Assembly (NCBI RefSeq): GCF_037042905.1
Contig: NC_087245.1
Location: 6,698,001 to 6,762,000, forward strand
Source of the DNA: Lytechinus pictus
Lineage: Eukaryota
Length of the DNA: 64,000 nt
Direction: 5' to 3'
Below, piece after piece: positions 13,122 through 27,500 of this stretch. Within the stretch, counting starts at the first letter, position 1. The number at the start of each line of letters is the position of its first letter. Both the position numbers and the translations under genes were made by a program. The notes beneath the pieces are model-generated. The model had not been told where the DNA came from, made no database searches, and saw only the letters and a program-made list of their open reading frames with translations.

Positions 13122-13412
13122 TCAACTCTCCGGAACTTGAACCAATGGAGCTTGAAGAGTAAATGCCACAATGTCAGTTGCTCTAAGAATGGCTTCTTTC
13201 TGTACCCCAATGGGTGTCTTAAGATTGGAAACCTGTACCTGTTGAACATTGATGTCCATCATACCAAATTCTCCAGAAACATTAGTATGCTCATGCATGG
13301 TAAAGTCCATCTCTTGCTTTGAAACAGCTATAAGGAAGTGCAGGAATCTCCGACGAAGAAACGACCTGGCAGCTTGTTCCTGTGATCGGTCCTCTATAGT
13401 CAGGTCTGCCAT
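13122..13412 (-). CDS. GEMIN7: Gem-associated protein 7 (SMN complex Sm-fold subunit), single coding exon, 96 aa
   Basis: SQEQAARSFLRRRFL..FTMHEHTNVSGEFGMMDINVQQVQVSNLKTPIGVQKEAILRATDIVAFT matches the Gemin7 domain as recalled (QEQxARxxLRERYL..LQTPIGVQxEALLR); acaATGG context with an in-frame upstream TGA; splice acceptor (ttttgcag) just before 13450. Confidence 0.9.
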   Translation of the reverse strand: MADLTIEDRSQEQAARSFLRRRFLHFLIAVSKQEMDFTMHEHTNVSGEFGMMDINVQQVQVSNLKTPIGVQKEAILRATDIVAFTLQAPLVQVPES

Positions 13413-15191
13413 TGTTGAATCAACTGTTTTGCATCAAGTGTTGTATGTCACTGCAAAATATAACGAAAATGAGACAAAGAAGTTTTACATTTTACTTTAA
13501 TAGAAATAGTAATTAATTTTCAAAAATGATTTTCAATCAATATTCACCCCTAAACTTACATTAGTGTGAGTGCCCCCTATCATTGTTTGTAATTAATATA
13601 AAACATGAATTTCAGAACCCAACTCAAAATTCTGTATTCTGAGCAACTGATTTTCTTCCTGAATTTAAGAAGAAAAAAATAATCTTGATTTGGACCAGAA
13701 ATTTAAAGGCCACATTTTCACAGTGAGTGGATCTGGCTAATTTAGTAAATGACCACAACAGATGATATTTGAAAACTATACATGTGTAATACAGAGACAG
13801 CTACACTTTACATGTAGGTATTAAAAACATCAAATACATGTATGATTCAAAATGGTGAAAAGCATTCAGATCAGGCAGGATCAGGAAAAATGAACACTTT
13901 ACGGGGTGTCACCAAAAATAATTTGCAGTAGTAAAATTATCCAAGGGAATGGGGAATAATTACATGTACCTCTACATACAGTATGCCCATAAAGACCCGA
14001 TTGTGCTCATCCTATGCACTCATTCAATGAACAAGGTTATGATATAACCTTGTTCTCAGTTATATCTCCATGTGTGGCAAAATAAGGGTGGCAAGGTTTG
14101 GCTTATTTTCTTTTTCTTTGGGACAAATGCTTGATTTTTTTACACTGACAGTTTTCATTATGCCTATTTGTCATACAACTTGGCTCTTAAGTAAATTTGA
14201 TTCTTTAAATTATTTTTTTCTTAATTAAAAATAGAGATAAAAAAATGAAAATTTTCTTGCCATATTACTTTCCACCAATAAAGGGCATACACAAAAATAT
14301 GCCCAAAAATCAAGTTTTTGAACGCTCTGATGAATACAAAAATTATTCCCAAGTTACTAATGAAAAATAAATTGCAACTGTATGGAAATTAGTAATTTTG
14401 GTCACAAAAGTGATATTTTACTGATTTTTTAAAGTGTGTGCTCTGTACAACATTGGCATACACCATAGTCCTACCTGTAGATTCCCCACAGGCAGGATGG
14501 TTGCAGTGAACAAGTGATCCTAGGCTATGACTGCGCGCTGTGTTGCTTATGCTTTTCCTGCTTCCCCTAAGATTCAAAATGGACATTTTTCGATCGGAAA
14601 CATCAGCATGAAATTTTGAACATATTCAGATTTGCCGATCACGGCGATCTGAATATTAAATGCCTGCTGTTACCATCCTCACAACGTTGTGATTACGCTG
14701 CTCGGGGATATGGACCAGGGTTTCAGATCCCAATAGTGGAATGGCCCCTAATTCCTAAAAAGCCTGGCTTTAATATGTTAGACAAGCAAGCTGCAGAGTG
14801 CAGTGTTTAGTTTCAATAAATTTTGTGCAAATTGTGGGATTTTTATTTATCTTTCAGTTTCACTAAAAGTTTTAGCGCACTTACTCTTCAGAAATTAAGA
14901 AACAACATCAAATAAAACTTCTGTGGAATATTCATACATGTACCAATGGCCCTACCAATTCATCATGATAATTGATATGTTTTAACTTTATGTTCGGCTA
15001 ACGTTACTTAGAAGTTAGACTTAGAGCCTAACTTAGAGGTCTAATTCTTCATCATGACACAGAATTCGGCACGTGGGACCACTGCTGTATCAATATCGGC
15101 CATACCATGCCTAAGTTAAGTTATGCATTAAAATAACTTACAGGCAGGCAAGTTAGGCATATTTTAACTTTTTTAACTGTTTATTACGCAC

Positions 15192-15595
15192 CTGCTGATG
15201 GCTTGAAGATATATCACACGTTTCGTTTCAGGCAAGAAAAGGATTCATAAGACCAAAGTCGATGACGGAGTCGGAGTCTCAAACTTAGCTACATGTACAG
15301 CACCGTATCCCCGATACACGCGCCGAAAGCACGCCGTCGATCGCGTCGCGTCGGTACGTACGGTACGGCGCGGTGCATGCACGCGCACTGGGCTAACTTT
15401 GTTAGCTGTATTTCGAGATCGTACTGCTGGACGGTGGATATTTTTCTGATCATTAACTTCATTTATTCTAAGTGTTAGAGCGGGGATTGTACATGGCCAT
15501 AAGATATTGTTCGATTTTTACCCGTACGGTACCGGTACGGTATTTCAGAAAGATTACCTCTGATCACGTCAGACCTCAGGCACAGGCAGATAGAC
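15192..15595. promoter_or_regulatory. CpG-rich putative bidirectional promoter / 5' UTR region shared by GEMIN7 and SLCO paralog B
   Basis: Local CpG enrichment at about 15290-15430 in AT-rich DNA; minus-strand donor CAG|GTGCGT at 15192/15191 could join the acceptor at 13450; SLCO ATG at 15596. Confidence 0.55.
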
Positions 15596-18500
15596 ATGGC
15601 TGTGGAAAGCAGAAGCGGATCGTCTGTCGAGAGATCACGGGGACCACAGGGAGAGCTTCAGCATGGCTCGATGGGTGTATTGCTAAATGCTGACGACAGG
15701 GGTGCTGTGCTTGTGGAAGATGAAGCAAACGAGATAGATGACGAAGATGATGATGTTTTTATAAGTGAAGATGTTATCTCCATAAAACTCAATGAGAAGG
15801 AAATTTCATGTGGTTGGTGTGGCAAAAGTGCTAATTGTTTGAAGGTAGATCGAGATCTAATCATGTTTAATAGGCCTAGCCTAGCCCTAGGCCCCTAAGG
15901 CCTAGGCTAAGCTAATGTTAAAATAATGAATTGGAAACTCATATAACAATGTCAAGCTGGATCTTGGACATGATCGATCCGAGTTAAAATGAAGGGGAGG
16001 GGGGGGGGGGTAACCTTAAGTGCTAAGCAGCAACCCACCTCTGTGGGGGAGGGTGGGGGGGTAGCTCTGACATTAATAATTAGTAATTTATTTTCTAACA
16101 GTAACACCAACAATATTACTGAGCGTTTGGTGGGTGGGGGGGGGGGGGGCATGGGGTAACCTAAAGTGCAAAGCAGCAACCCACCTGTGTGGGGGGGGGG
16201 TTAGCTCTGACATTAATAATATGCATTTTATTTTCTAACACTGATAATATTACTGAGTGTTTGGTTGGTTTTGTCAAAATTGTGTAATTTAAAGTTAGAG
16301 CAGTTTTTACCTTATTTTAGTGTTAGTTACATTTTATAAAAATAACAGTAATGTTTGGCCTAATGTTACATAACTTCTAACCTAGGTTGAGACTAGTATG
16401 AAAAGAATCTCCTCGTGAGCCAAAATGAATAAACATCTAAATTGTACAATTTATTTTCAATTTGCTCATTTCCATTTTCATGAACAAATTTTTAATGCAT
16501 TCAATAATTTCAAACAGTGTATGTCATAGACCAAAATCTTCAGTCTCTGTACATTGGCTGTTCCGCTGAACTACGTTGGCTTCACTCACCAATACATACC
16601 AATGGGGATGATAGTAAAATGCCAGAAATTGTTAAATAAATCCCCAGAAACGGCAGTTATTCCTGTCTATGTATGTCATCACCATTTTAGTGAGTATAAG
16701 TTTTTAACTTACCGTATTGGTTAATTTTAATAAAAAATATGTTATTACAAATTGCAAAATTTTGTTTTTTTCCCCTCTATTCAGATTTGCAGCACAATCA
16801 AGGGATATCTCTTGGCCTTTTCACTCACAGGGCTCTTCCACTACCTTGTCCCTTTTGGACTCCTCTTTGCTGTCCTCACTACGCTAGAGAAACGCTTCCA
16901 TTTTTCCAGCAAAGAGAGTGGTAGCATTGCCAGTGCCTACCAGTTCTCTGCAATGTTCTTTACAGTCTTTGTGGGATATATTGGAGAAAGGGGAAACAAA
17001 CCAGTCTGGGTTGGAGTAGGAACCTTAGCATTGGCCATAGGGTCTGTCCTGTTCTCTCTGCCTCATTTCATATCAGATCCATATTATGTGACACCATTTA
17101 ACCAATCAGAAGAGGACAGCCTTGTGTGTCCAGGTGTTGACAACTCATCCATGCTTCAGGAGAAATGCGGTAATGTTGAAAAAAAAACCTTTCTGTGCAC
17201 ATGTACTTCAATTTCATTTAAATTAATATGATATCAAGATTTGAAAAAAACATACATGTTTTTTAATGGAGGGAAAAACAGGTGTAATAAAGGTGCTCCC
17301 ATACTATACATGTATGCAAATTCTAAAATTTGAAACTTACAAGCACACAGTCATAGCAATACATTATATAGACATACACTAGTGGTCTTATAATTATCCC
17401 TGTCTCATACTCTGGCTTTTTAAATTTGTTTTTGATAACAAGATCCCTGTTGTAATTTGATCAGTAACTTGTATCTGCTCATCTTGCAAGCCACTTAAAA
17501 TCTTACATTATTTGAGTTGAATTACATGCATTTTGTAATTTGAAAAGGTTATATTATTGCACATTTGCACTTTGCAGCGAAAAGGCTGCATTGTTTACAA
17601 TTGATACAAAACTGGTCAAAATCATCAAACAATAACTGGAATATACATGTATTGCAACTTGACATAGAGCTTGAACATACCAAAAGGAAATAAAGAAATT
17701 ATTGGTTGTGGAAGAATGCATTTTTGATAAGCATCTTAATTTGAAAAGAGAGGATGAAAAAATTTAAACAGGTGACCAAAAAGCATGAGGTAGTCAGAGG
17801 ATGAGTGAGCAGTCAAATTCAATGCAAAGCTCCAGTCAGGGACTACTGAACCTACCACCAAACCATTCAACCAGAACAATGGAATTGATATCCATATCTG
17901 TTACTCTTGTGGAACAGAGAAAAAGCAAGACCAGGAAGTGTTTGATGAAAGGACTTTTCAGAAATTTTATATATCAAGTCCTGTTTTATGTGGCAGTTGC
18001 CATTGTAACAGTGCTTTTCAGCCAATCAAGTTTTGGAAAGAAAGAAAAATGTTGATGAAATACTCCCCAGCTGACTAGAATTGTGCATTGTTTAAGCCAT
18101 ATCGCTTTCTAAACTACTCACTTTCTAAACTACTCAGATTTATACCACACTCCTCATAGTTATATCGATACTTGTGCTTGGAAAAAACTACCCCCAAAAT
18201 ACAATTAAACAAGTTAGAGTAGGCTACTTTCAAACCTTTCATTCAGCAATCACGTTTACACCTTGCACTCATAGGGATTAAAATGATATGGGGATGGGGT
18301 GAGTGCTCGCTTGTCCCAAGGTTTCGTTCTACTCAGACCCGTATATAAATATTAATGATAACATAATTTGTTAATTTGAATAAATGTCAACAACCACATC
18401 AAGAAATTTTGATAAAAATGAGTGGAAATAGTGGTTTAAAATTCCATACATAGGTTTTTGCAATGTGAGGTAGCCTACATGTACAGATCTAACATTAAAA

Positions 18501-21500
18501 ATTAATGTGAAAACCTTATTCAATTATGTAGTAATTAACAACCACAACAAAGATAGCACTATAATCGAGCAACCCAAAAACTTTGTACCAAATAAAAAGA
18601 GTAGCAATAGTTCCTAAGATGCCGTCATGTTGATTTAATGACAGTCTGCACCCCCTTCCAAGGGCCTGCTGCATAAATCTTTTACCTTAGAGAACTTGGG
18701 TTGTTTTAACCTGAGATTTCCTCCTGTGTTAAAGTCAATGGCTGAAGTCGGACCAACCTGAGTTTTTGTCTCACCTGCATAGCAGAGTGAGACTATAGGC
18801 GCCGCTTTTGCGACGGCGGTGGCGTCAACACCAAATCTTAACCGAAGGTTAAAGAAATGACAACATAACTTAGAAAGTATATGGACCTATTTCATGAAAC
18901 TTGGCCATAAGGTTAATCAAGTATTACTGAACATCCTGCCTGAGCTTCATGTCACATGACCAAGGTCAAAGGTCATTTAGGGTCAATGAACTTGGACCAT
19001 GTTGGGGGAATCAACATCAAAATCTTAACCTACGGTTAAGTTTTTGAAATGTCATCATAACTTAGAAAATATATGGACCTAGTTCATGAAACTTGGACAT
19101 AAGATTAATCAAGTATCACTGAACATCCCGCACGAGTTTCACGTCACATGACCTAGGTCAAAGGTCATTTAGGGTCAATGAACTTTGGCCGAATTGGGGG
19201 TATATGTTGAATTACCATCATAACTTTGAAAGTTTATGGATCTGATTCATGAAACTTGGACATAATAGTAATCAAGTATCACTGAACATCCCGCACGAGT
19301 TTCACGTCACATGACCTAGGTCAAAGGTCATTTAGGGTCAATGAACTTTGGCCGAATTGGGGGTATATGTTGAATTACCATCATAACTTTGGAAGTTTAT
19401 GGATCTGATTCATGAAACTTGGACATAATAGTAAGCAAGTATTACTGAACATCCTGTGCAAGTTTCAGGTCACATGATTAAGGTCAAAGGTCATTTAGGG
19501 TCAATGAACTTTGGCCAAATTGGGGGTATTTGTTGAATTACCATCATAACTTTGAAAGTTTATGGATCTGATTCATGAAACTTGGACATAATAAAAATCA
19601 AGTATCACTGAACATCCTGTGCAAATTTCAGGTCACATGACCAAGGTCAAAGGTCAATTAACTTTGGCCATAATGGGGGTATCTGTTGAATTACCATCAT
19701 AACTTTGAAAGTTTATGGATCTGACTCATGAAACTTGGACATAATAAAAATCAAGTATCACTGAACATCCTGTGCGAGTTTTAGGTCACATGTTCAAGGT
19801 CAAAGGTCATGTAAGGTCAATGAACCTTGGCCATGTTGGGGGTATTTGTTGAATTACCATCATATCTTTGTAAGTGTATTGGTCTAGTTCATAAAACGTG
19901 TACATAAGAGTAACCAAGTATCACTGAACATCTTGTGCAAGTTATAGTAGTTTTCAAAGTCAGCACTGCTGCTATATTGAATCGCGTGATGCAGGTGAGA
20001 CCGCCAGAGGCATTCCACTTGTTAAATTTAACCAGAGTTTTCTCTGGTTAAAAGTTTTATGCAGCAGGCCCCCGTATTTCCTTGCCATCAACCATAATCC
20101 TAATTTACTGTAAGGAATGCTTTTTTGTGTGTAAAACTCAAGATGAGTCATTATTTACTTTGTTTACAGGTTTGACTGAAGGTGTAGTAGAAGCAAGTGA
20201 TAACTTCATTGGATTATTCATATTTTCAATGGTTTTGATTGGCTTTGCTGGGTCTCCAGTCTTTACTCTTGGTGTAACTTACCTGGATGAGAATCTACAG
20301 CCAAAAGACTTTGGACTTTTCCTTGGTGAGATCATATTCTGATATTAATATTCAGGAAGAAAATGTTGATTTATTGCTGATATTGTTGAAAAACATTTGT
20401 AATATGCCACTGCTATTATTGTTTGAATTTTCATGCATAGTTTGGAAAGCTTTCACTGATTATTGATTTTCCAACTTCCCTAATGAAGCATTTGTACCTT
20501 GCATTTTCAGGTCATAAATTCTCTTTAAATTGTTGTTAGTATTTTTATTATTCATGTACAGGTATCTGTGTTGAAAATCAGTGTATTATACTTACTATTT
20601 AAATAAGTGTGTAAGGAAACTATGAATTATGCACAAGGTACACATTTGCCAATCACAGGCAAATATTTTTTAGGACAAGATTTGGATCAGATAATGTTTG
20701 ATTGGCTATTTGTTTACCATATTCCAATTGACTTACAAAACTGATCTTTATTAATAATACTTTCTATTTTTCTTTCTTATTACATGTATATTAGGTATCT
20801 ACACTGCTTTCCTGAATGTTGGGCCAGCCTTAGGCTTCTTTGTAGGGGCATTAACATTATCAATCTTCACAGATATAAAACTTGATGAACACAGGTTAGT
20901 TCCTCCATTCTTCTCCTTTTCCTCCTCCTCTTCCTGCCCTTCTTCTTTTTCTCCCCATCTAATGCCCTACTCACTTCAGAGATGCCAACCCTCCGACTCC
21001 TGCCCTTTCTATCATAGTATGAATCCTCCCAATATTTTTTTCTCAAATTTATGTTTAAAATAAATAGGAACTGTTCAACTTATACAAACTTATACAAACA
21101 ATGCTCAGGTTGCACCAGAGACCATTTTGCAACCTTGGTCACAAGGGTTGAGCATTCCGCATAAAGATGAGAGCTACACGCACATTATTTAATTTCAGTC
21201 TCAAATCCTCCCTTATTCTGATTTCCAGCAGTTAGTATCTCTGCTCAGGACTACTCTTTCATTTTATTTTATTCCTCTTCCTCCACCTTTCCCACTTTGT
21301 TTTCTTCTTTTGTTTGCTTCTTCTCATACTCCTTCATTTTCTCCTCCGCAGGAGATTAAGGGGAGGTTGTACCCCCTCTTCCTGATGATTTTGTTCACGT
21401 TTTGCAAAAATGGCAACCCCCCCTAAAAAAGGCAAGAAATTGACAAAAAGAGAGTTCCATCCATATTTTTTATCTGTTGAGTTTTTAATTACAGAGGTAA

Positions 21501-24500
21501 CATTATTAATCCCATTTTTTATTCAGATAATCAATTAACCTCACCTTTCAGCAACTATGATTCTCCCCCTAACCCAATCCTGCCCCAATAACCCATTCAA
21601 CTAATGGATCAGGAAGTGCCTGCAAATGAGATATCAATTGCAGGAAATAGCTTGGTTTGGATTCATATTTATTTCCTATGCAGTTGAAACCTGTACTACT
21701 GTACATGTGTACAGATACTACTTTCTGTTTCACTAGTAGTCATTCCCCTTTACCAACTCCATCAATACGATTTAACAAGTACCAAATCTCCCATTATCCT
21801 TTCACTCCTAATCACTGACCATAGAAGATCATTCCCTCATTGAGTTGAATTAAAAGAACAATAATTATGACCCCCCCCCCTCCCCCCATGACTTACACTG
21901 AGCATCACCTTGCCCCTCATATCAGGGCAATCTGTATAATAAACAGTTAATTATTACCCAGATCATATCATGTTTAGTCATTGCCAAACTGTTACACCCT
22001 ATAACTTTTTATATAAATGCATTGTCTAGTTAAATGATAACATTTTTCTTACCTTATCTAAGAAGTAAACACAATTTAATTTACTTCAGTTTCGTCTCAC
22101 ACATGCAAAAATCATATCATGCTTGAACATGATGATGGTCGATTGGTGGCATATTCAGTCTTATAGTATATGTCGGTTAGTCAGTCATTTAGATGTGTGT
22201 ATTTATAATATCCTGCATTTGTTCTTTTTGTTATCTTTACTGAAGTGTATCATTAACCTCTGACCATCCTCTATGGGTAGGAGCTTGGTGGTTGGGCTTT
22301 CTTGTAGCTGCAGCCATTGTGGCTGTCTTAGCATTGATCATCATGGGATTCCCAAAGAAACAACCAGGTAAGCAAGGACCTTCTAACACAAAAGATACAA
22401 ATTTTTGTAAGTTTGTTAAAAATAAAATAATAAACCTGAATGGTAAATAATAATCATATGTTTTTAAACATCAGGTTCATTAATGATCTCAGCAAGCAAA
22501 TTAGAAAATCATAGTATTTTGAGCATGTTGGAAACTAACGGATGAATTAGCATGAAACTGATAAAGATGTAGTTTGATTTTGTCTGACCTCATAAAAGAT
22601 ATCCATGCAAGAGTGTCCTAGTTTAAATTCTGAATTGGTTTTAGAACACTGTGAAATTGTTGCTTGTTTCCTGTAGTTTAAATTCTGAATTGGTTTAGAA
22701 CATTGTGAAATTGTTGCTTGTTTTCTCTAGTTTAAGAACAATGTGAAATTGTTGCTTGTTTCCTCTATTTTAAATTCTGTATTGGATTTAGAACACTGAA
22801 ATTGTTGTCTGATTCCTCTAGTTTAAATTCTGAATTTGATTTAGAATATTGTGAAATCGTTGCTTGTATCCTTAATACCTGGTAGGCCTAAGACAGCATT
22901 TCCTCATTGAGGAACCTTGTTTTGATACCATGCGCAAAGTTGAATAGTGTTTGCATTGTTGTATTTATAAATGTCATTGTTCTCTGTAAGGTTTCTCTAG
23001 ATTTTAAAGAGAACCTCTCATGCTGAAATGGCAAGGTGTGTTACCAGAAAGGCATACATACTTTGTTAGTATAATTCATTGAACCGTTGCAATGATTACA
23101 TTGTGCTTTTTCCTCTTCCTAGCAAGAAAAAGTACAGATAAATTAAAGCTAAATAATGATGATAGCAGAGTTTTCAATAAATGCATAACACCCTGGGGTC
23201 TGCGTGAAGAAAAGCGGGAAATATGGTAAACTCATCGACTGAAAATTAAATATTAAATAAACATTATAAACATAGCGTATTAAATATAGATTGAACATTC
23301 AGAAAGAGGTGTGTTTTTACTTCTACTTTGATTCGATCAAGTTGGATAATATTTCTAGAAGTTTGTGGGAGAGCATTCCATTTTGCTGGTGCAGCTTTCA
23401 GGAAAGCTCGATCCCCTTGGGATTTGGTCGTGACAATAATTTCAGAGAGATTTCTTGAAGCAGAACATTGATTATGATTGGGTTTATGAATTTGGACAAG
23501 TAAATAAGCAGAGGCAATGCCATGTATCCATCTGAATGTTTAAGAGAAGTTTATTGATTGAATAGGTAGCCAGTGAAGGTCAGATGAGATAGCAGTTATG
23601 TTTTCAAACTTTCCTTTTCTAATTATAATTCTTGAAGCAGTATTTTTGGATATGTTGTAATTTAGCGAGAAGTGATTACTAGATTTTACAAAGCTAACTA
23701 TTATAATCATCTAGGTAACTTATAATGAAGGCATGTACTATTAACTTTTCTGTGACAAGATGTTATGCAAAATTATTTTGTTATCCCTGAATTCCGCTTC
23801 AACTATTTAAATTGACCATTTCATAATTCATGATCAAAATTTGGCAATAAATCTGTACATACGTATAGGGATAAATGATATTCTTTCTTTTTTTTCTGAA
23901 TTATTCAGGGAGTGAAAAAATAGCAGAAAGACGTCCATCTGAAGCTCAGAAAGGAAGTGAATTCAAATCCCAGGAGGGATTTTTTGAGAAGGTAATTGAT
24001 TTCCCAAGGGCACTAGGGAAGATCATCACCAACCCTCCATTCATAAGCATCTGCTTCGCCATGGCAACTGAGTGGTTTATCATAACGGGTGTGGCAGTCT
24101 TTGTACCAAAGTTCTTTGAAGCACAATTAAATATGTCTTCCACCCAAGTCGCAAGTATACTAGGTGAATGTTGTGTCTTTTCTACCCTGAAGAAAACAAA
24201 GTAATCATTGTAATTGAGATTAGAAACAACTTATTTAATCTCTTTTATTGAAAATATGCAGGAAAATAGGTATTGCATTTATTTTGTGAACAACCGTGCT
24301 GACAATCACTTTATTTACTTTTTTGGCAGGTGGGGGAATGAGGAATGTTTCAAACTTGCAACAATTATATACATTTTTTTTTTATCAAGCTGTATTGTGT
24401 TTATCTCACTTCTATCACATTCTTTTGAAATATCTTGAGGAGTGTTAATAAAACATTTGATCATTAATTTTTCCATCAATTTTTTTATACATTCCTGATT

Positions 24501-27500
24501 ATGATTTGGTATAAGCAAATTCGTTAGTAAAAATATATCACAAACCAGATTCTTGATAAATTACTCCTGGTGACTCATATATATTTCAATGTAGCCCTCT
24601 CCTAATATGTTCTTCTATCTTTGATTTTCTAGGTGTTTTATCAATCACTGCTCAGTTGATTGGTTCCTTAGGTAGTGGAATAGTCATTAACAGACTGGAT
24701 CTGAAGTTTAGAGGCCTTATCAAGCTATGTGTGATTTCTGTGTTGATATCATTATTAGCATCACTTGCATTCATTATGCATTGTCCTATGGTGCCGTTCG
24801 CAGGTGTAACTGATACCAAAGAAAGGTAAATATCAGGCAGTTTTCTTTTCCTTTCCTTTATTTTCTCTTTTTTATAATCTCATTGATGGTCGGGAGCAGA
24901 ATGAGCAATGCATTTATTATTAAGAGCACTTTTCTTAGGTACTCTTGTAGCACTTTTCATGAAATATTAGTTATACAGGAAATGTATGTTTTATTGTCTT
25001 ATTATTTTTCATCCAGTTTTTCAAATTTCGTGAGAATGAATTAGTAACGTGAATCATGACAAAATGGTTATACTTGTAGCCGAATTCTTACTTCATTTTA
25101 AGTTTCTAAACAATGAAATAGTGCAGCATACATTTCATGGCATTAGTGAAGTATCTGTTATGTTGTCTGTTTTTAATGTTCCCATTTAATTCACCTGTGT
25201 TGGTTGCAGCATATATTGTACGATTTTTTTTAAAAACAAGCTGCAACACCCTGACACTTTGGTTATAGAGTCTGCATTGTGAATTATGAACTATCCTTTT
25301 TGCCTGCTGGATTTTTTCAACAACAAAAAAATTAATTCTTTTGTACAGATTTTATCTATTAACTTTTTTCCACATCAGTGCTTCGTTGTTCAGTCATTAT
25401 TTTATGTGCATTGAATTTTCTTTCTAACAAACATATTTCTAAACCAGGAAGTGTTGTTTATTGATTAATTATGAACTATTCTTTTTGCTTACTGGATTTT
25501 TTTCACACAAAATTAATTAATTCTCTTCATACAGATTTTCCTAGTGTAGTTTTTGCCACATTATTGTCTCATCATTAATTACAGTCATTATATTTACATT
25601 ATGTGCATTGAATTTTCTTGCTGCTACATATATTTTTAAACCAGGAAGACTTGTTTAATGTTCTTGTCTTTAATCCCAGTACTAAGTCAGTGACTGAAGC
25701 TGAGAGCATGTTCCTACTGCCCTGTAATACCCATTGTGATTGCCATTCTAAGTCTTTTGAACCTGTATGTGGCAGTGATGACATCATGTACTATTCACCA
25801 TGCCATGCTGGGTGCATCCGCAAAGACACATTTGATGAAGAAGTGGTAAGTGAGAATAGTGGAATTAAATGATTGCATTTATTTCATTCTTCTAATAAAT
25901 AACATATTTGGCTTGTTCAGACGAGGACTTGAAGATTATTAACCAAACTCTTGTTCATACAGGATCCTATTAAAGTGGCTTGTATCCTGAAGTCCAATTT
26001 AACTTAAACCATATTCTAACTCTTGAAATTACTGGAAGCCATTTTTTTTTTTTGCGCTGTCTTTTTCTTATGGGAAAATATATTGGTTAGGGGTGAGATT
26101 TCTATTACTCTTTGTCACTGGCAAGTTGGATTTGGGTAATAGTGATGAAATCAGTGTTTCTTATAAAACATATTAAAATCTTAATTGTGTACAATACCAT
26201 GAAAAATAATATATCTTGGACCAGTATCATCTATTTATTGAAGTTTCGATGTTAGAATTTTTGGATGTCATCATATGCATCCCTACCATAAACCTCAATA
26301 TATTATCCACTAAAGTTGTCATGATAAAATATTTCATGTTTTTGATAGTTTAGTAGTTTTCTGACAATATATTTGCATGGCAAATTGCCTCCGACGAAGA
26401 TTCTGCTAGGATCGAAAGCTTAGGCCCCTTTTGACTTTCTAATATATTTGCATGTATTTGTATTCCATTCCTTAGGTATTCAGGAACTGCCAATGTATCA
26501 GTGCTAACATGCTCCATGCTGCATCATCTCAGATACCTGAGAATATCACAGTAACCATTGAATCATCAACTCCTCAAGACTCCCCTGAGGAAGGCTATGC
26601 TGTCCCAGGACGATGTAGAACAACATGTCCTTACATGTGGCCCTACTTTGTTCTATTATGGGTGTTCTTCTTCATAAATGCCTTTGCTACTGTTCCTGCC
26701 TGGGCTAGCAGTATAAGGTGACTGAGTTTTATCATCTTTTGATCTGTCTCTTGGTTAGGGTGTAGGGGAAAAGATTACGGTGTCCTTAAAGGACAAGTCC
26801 ACCCCAACAAAAAGTTGATTTGGATAAGAAGAGAAAAATCAAACAAGCACAACACTGAAAATTTCATCAAAGTTGGATGTAAAATAAGAAAGTTATGACA
26901 TTTTTAAAGTTTTGCTTAATTTCACACAATAGTTATATGCACATCCCGGTCAGTATGCAAATTAGGGAACTGATGACATCACTCGATCACTATTTCTATT
27001 GTATTTATTATATGAGATATGAAGTATTCTAATTTTCTCATTGTCCTGTGAAACAAAGATTTATTTTGCCCTGAACATGTGGAATTACCATTGTTTAACA
27101 TTGTATGGTTCAGTCAAGTTGGTCCTAATTGTCAAATCTTAAAAAATTGAAATGTTGTAATAATTCAAACAATAAAAAAAAGAAATAGTGAGTGAGGGAC
27201 ATCATTGATTCTCACCTTTGCATGTGACTAAATTGTGCATATAACTATTTTGTGAAAAATAAGCAAAATCTTTAAAGTGTCATAACTTTCTTATTTTACA
27301 TCCGATTTTGATGAAATTTTCAGCATTACGCTGGTCTGATTTTTCTCTCTTGATTTAAATCAACATTTTTCTGAGGTTGACTTGACCTTAAAAGACACAT
27401 TGGAAGTGAATAATGGAACTGACAAATTATGGTATACACCAGTAAAAAGATTATCAGCTGCAAACTGCATTTGTGCAAGTGTAATGCACTTTCATTGCCT

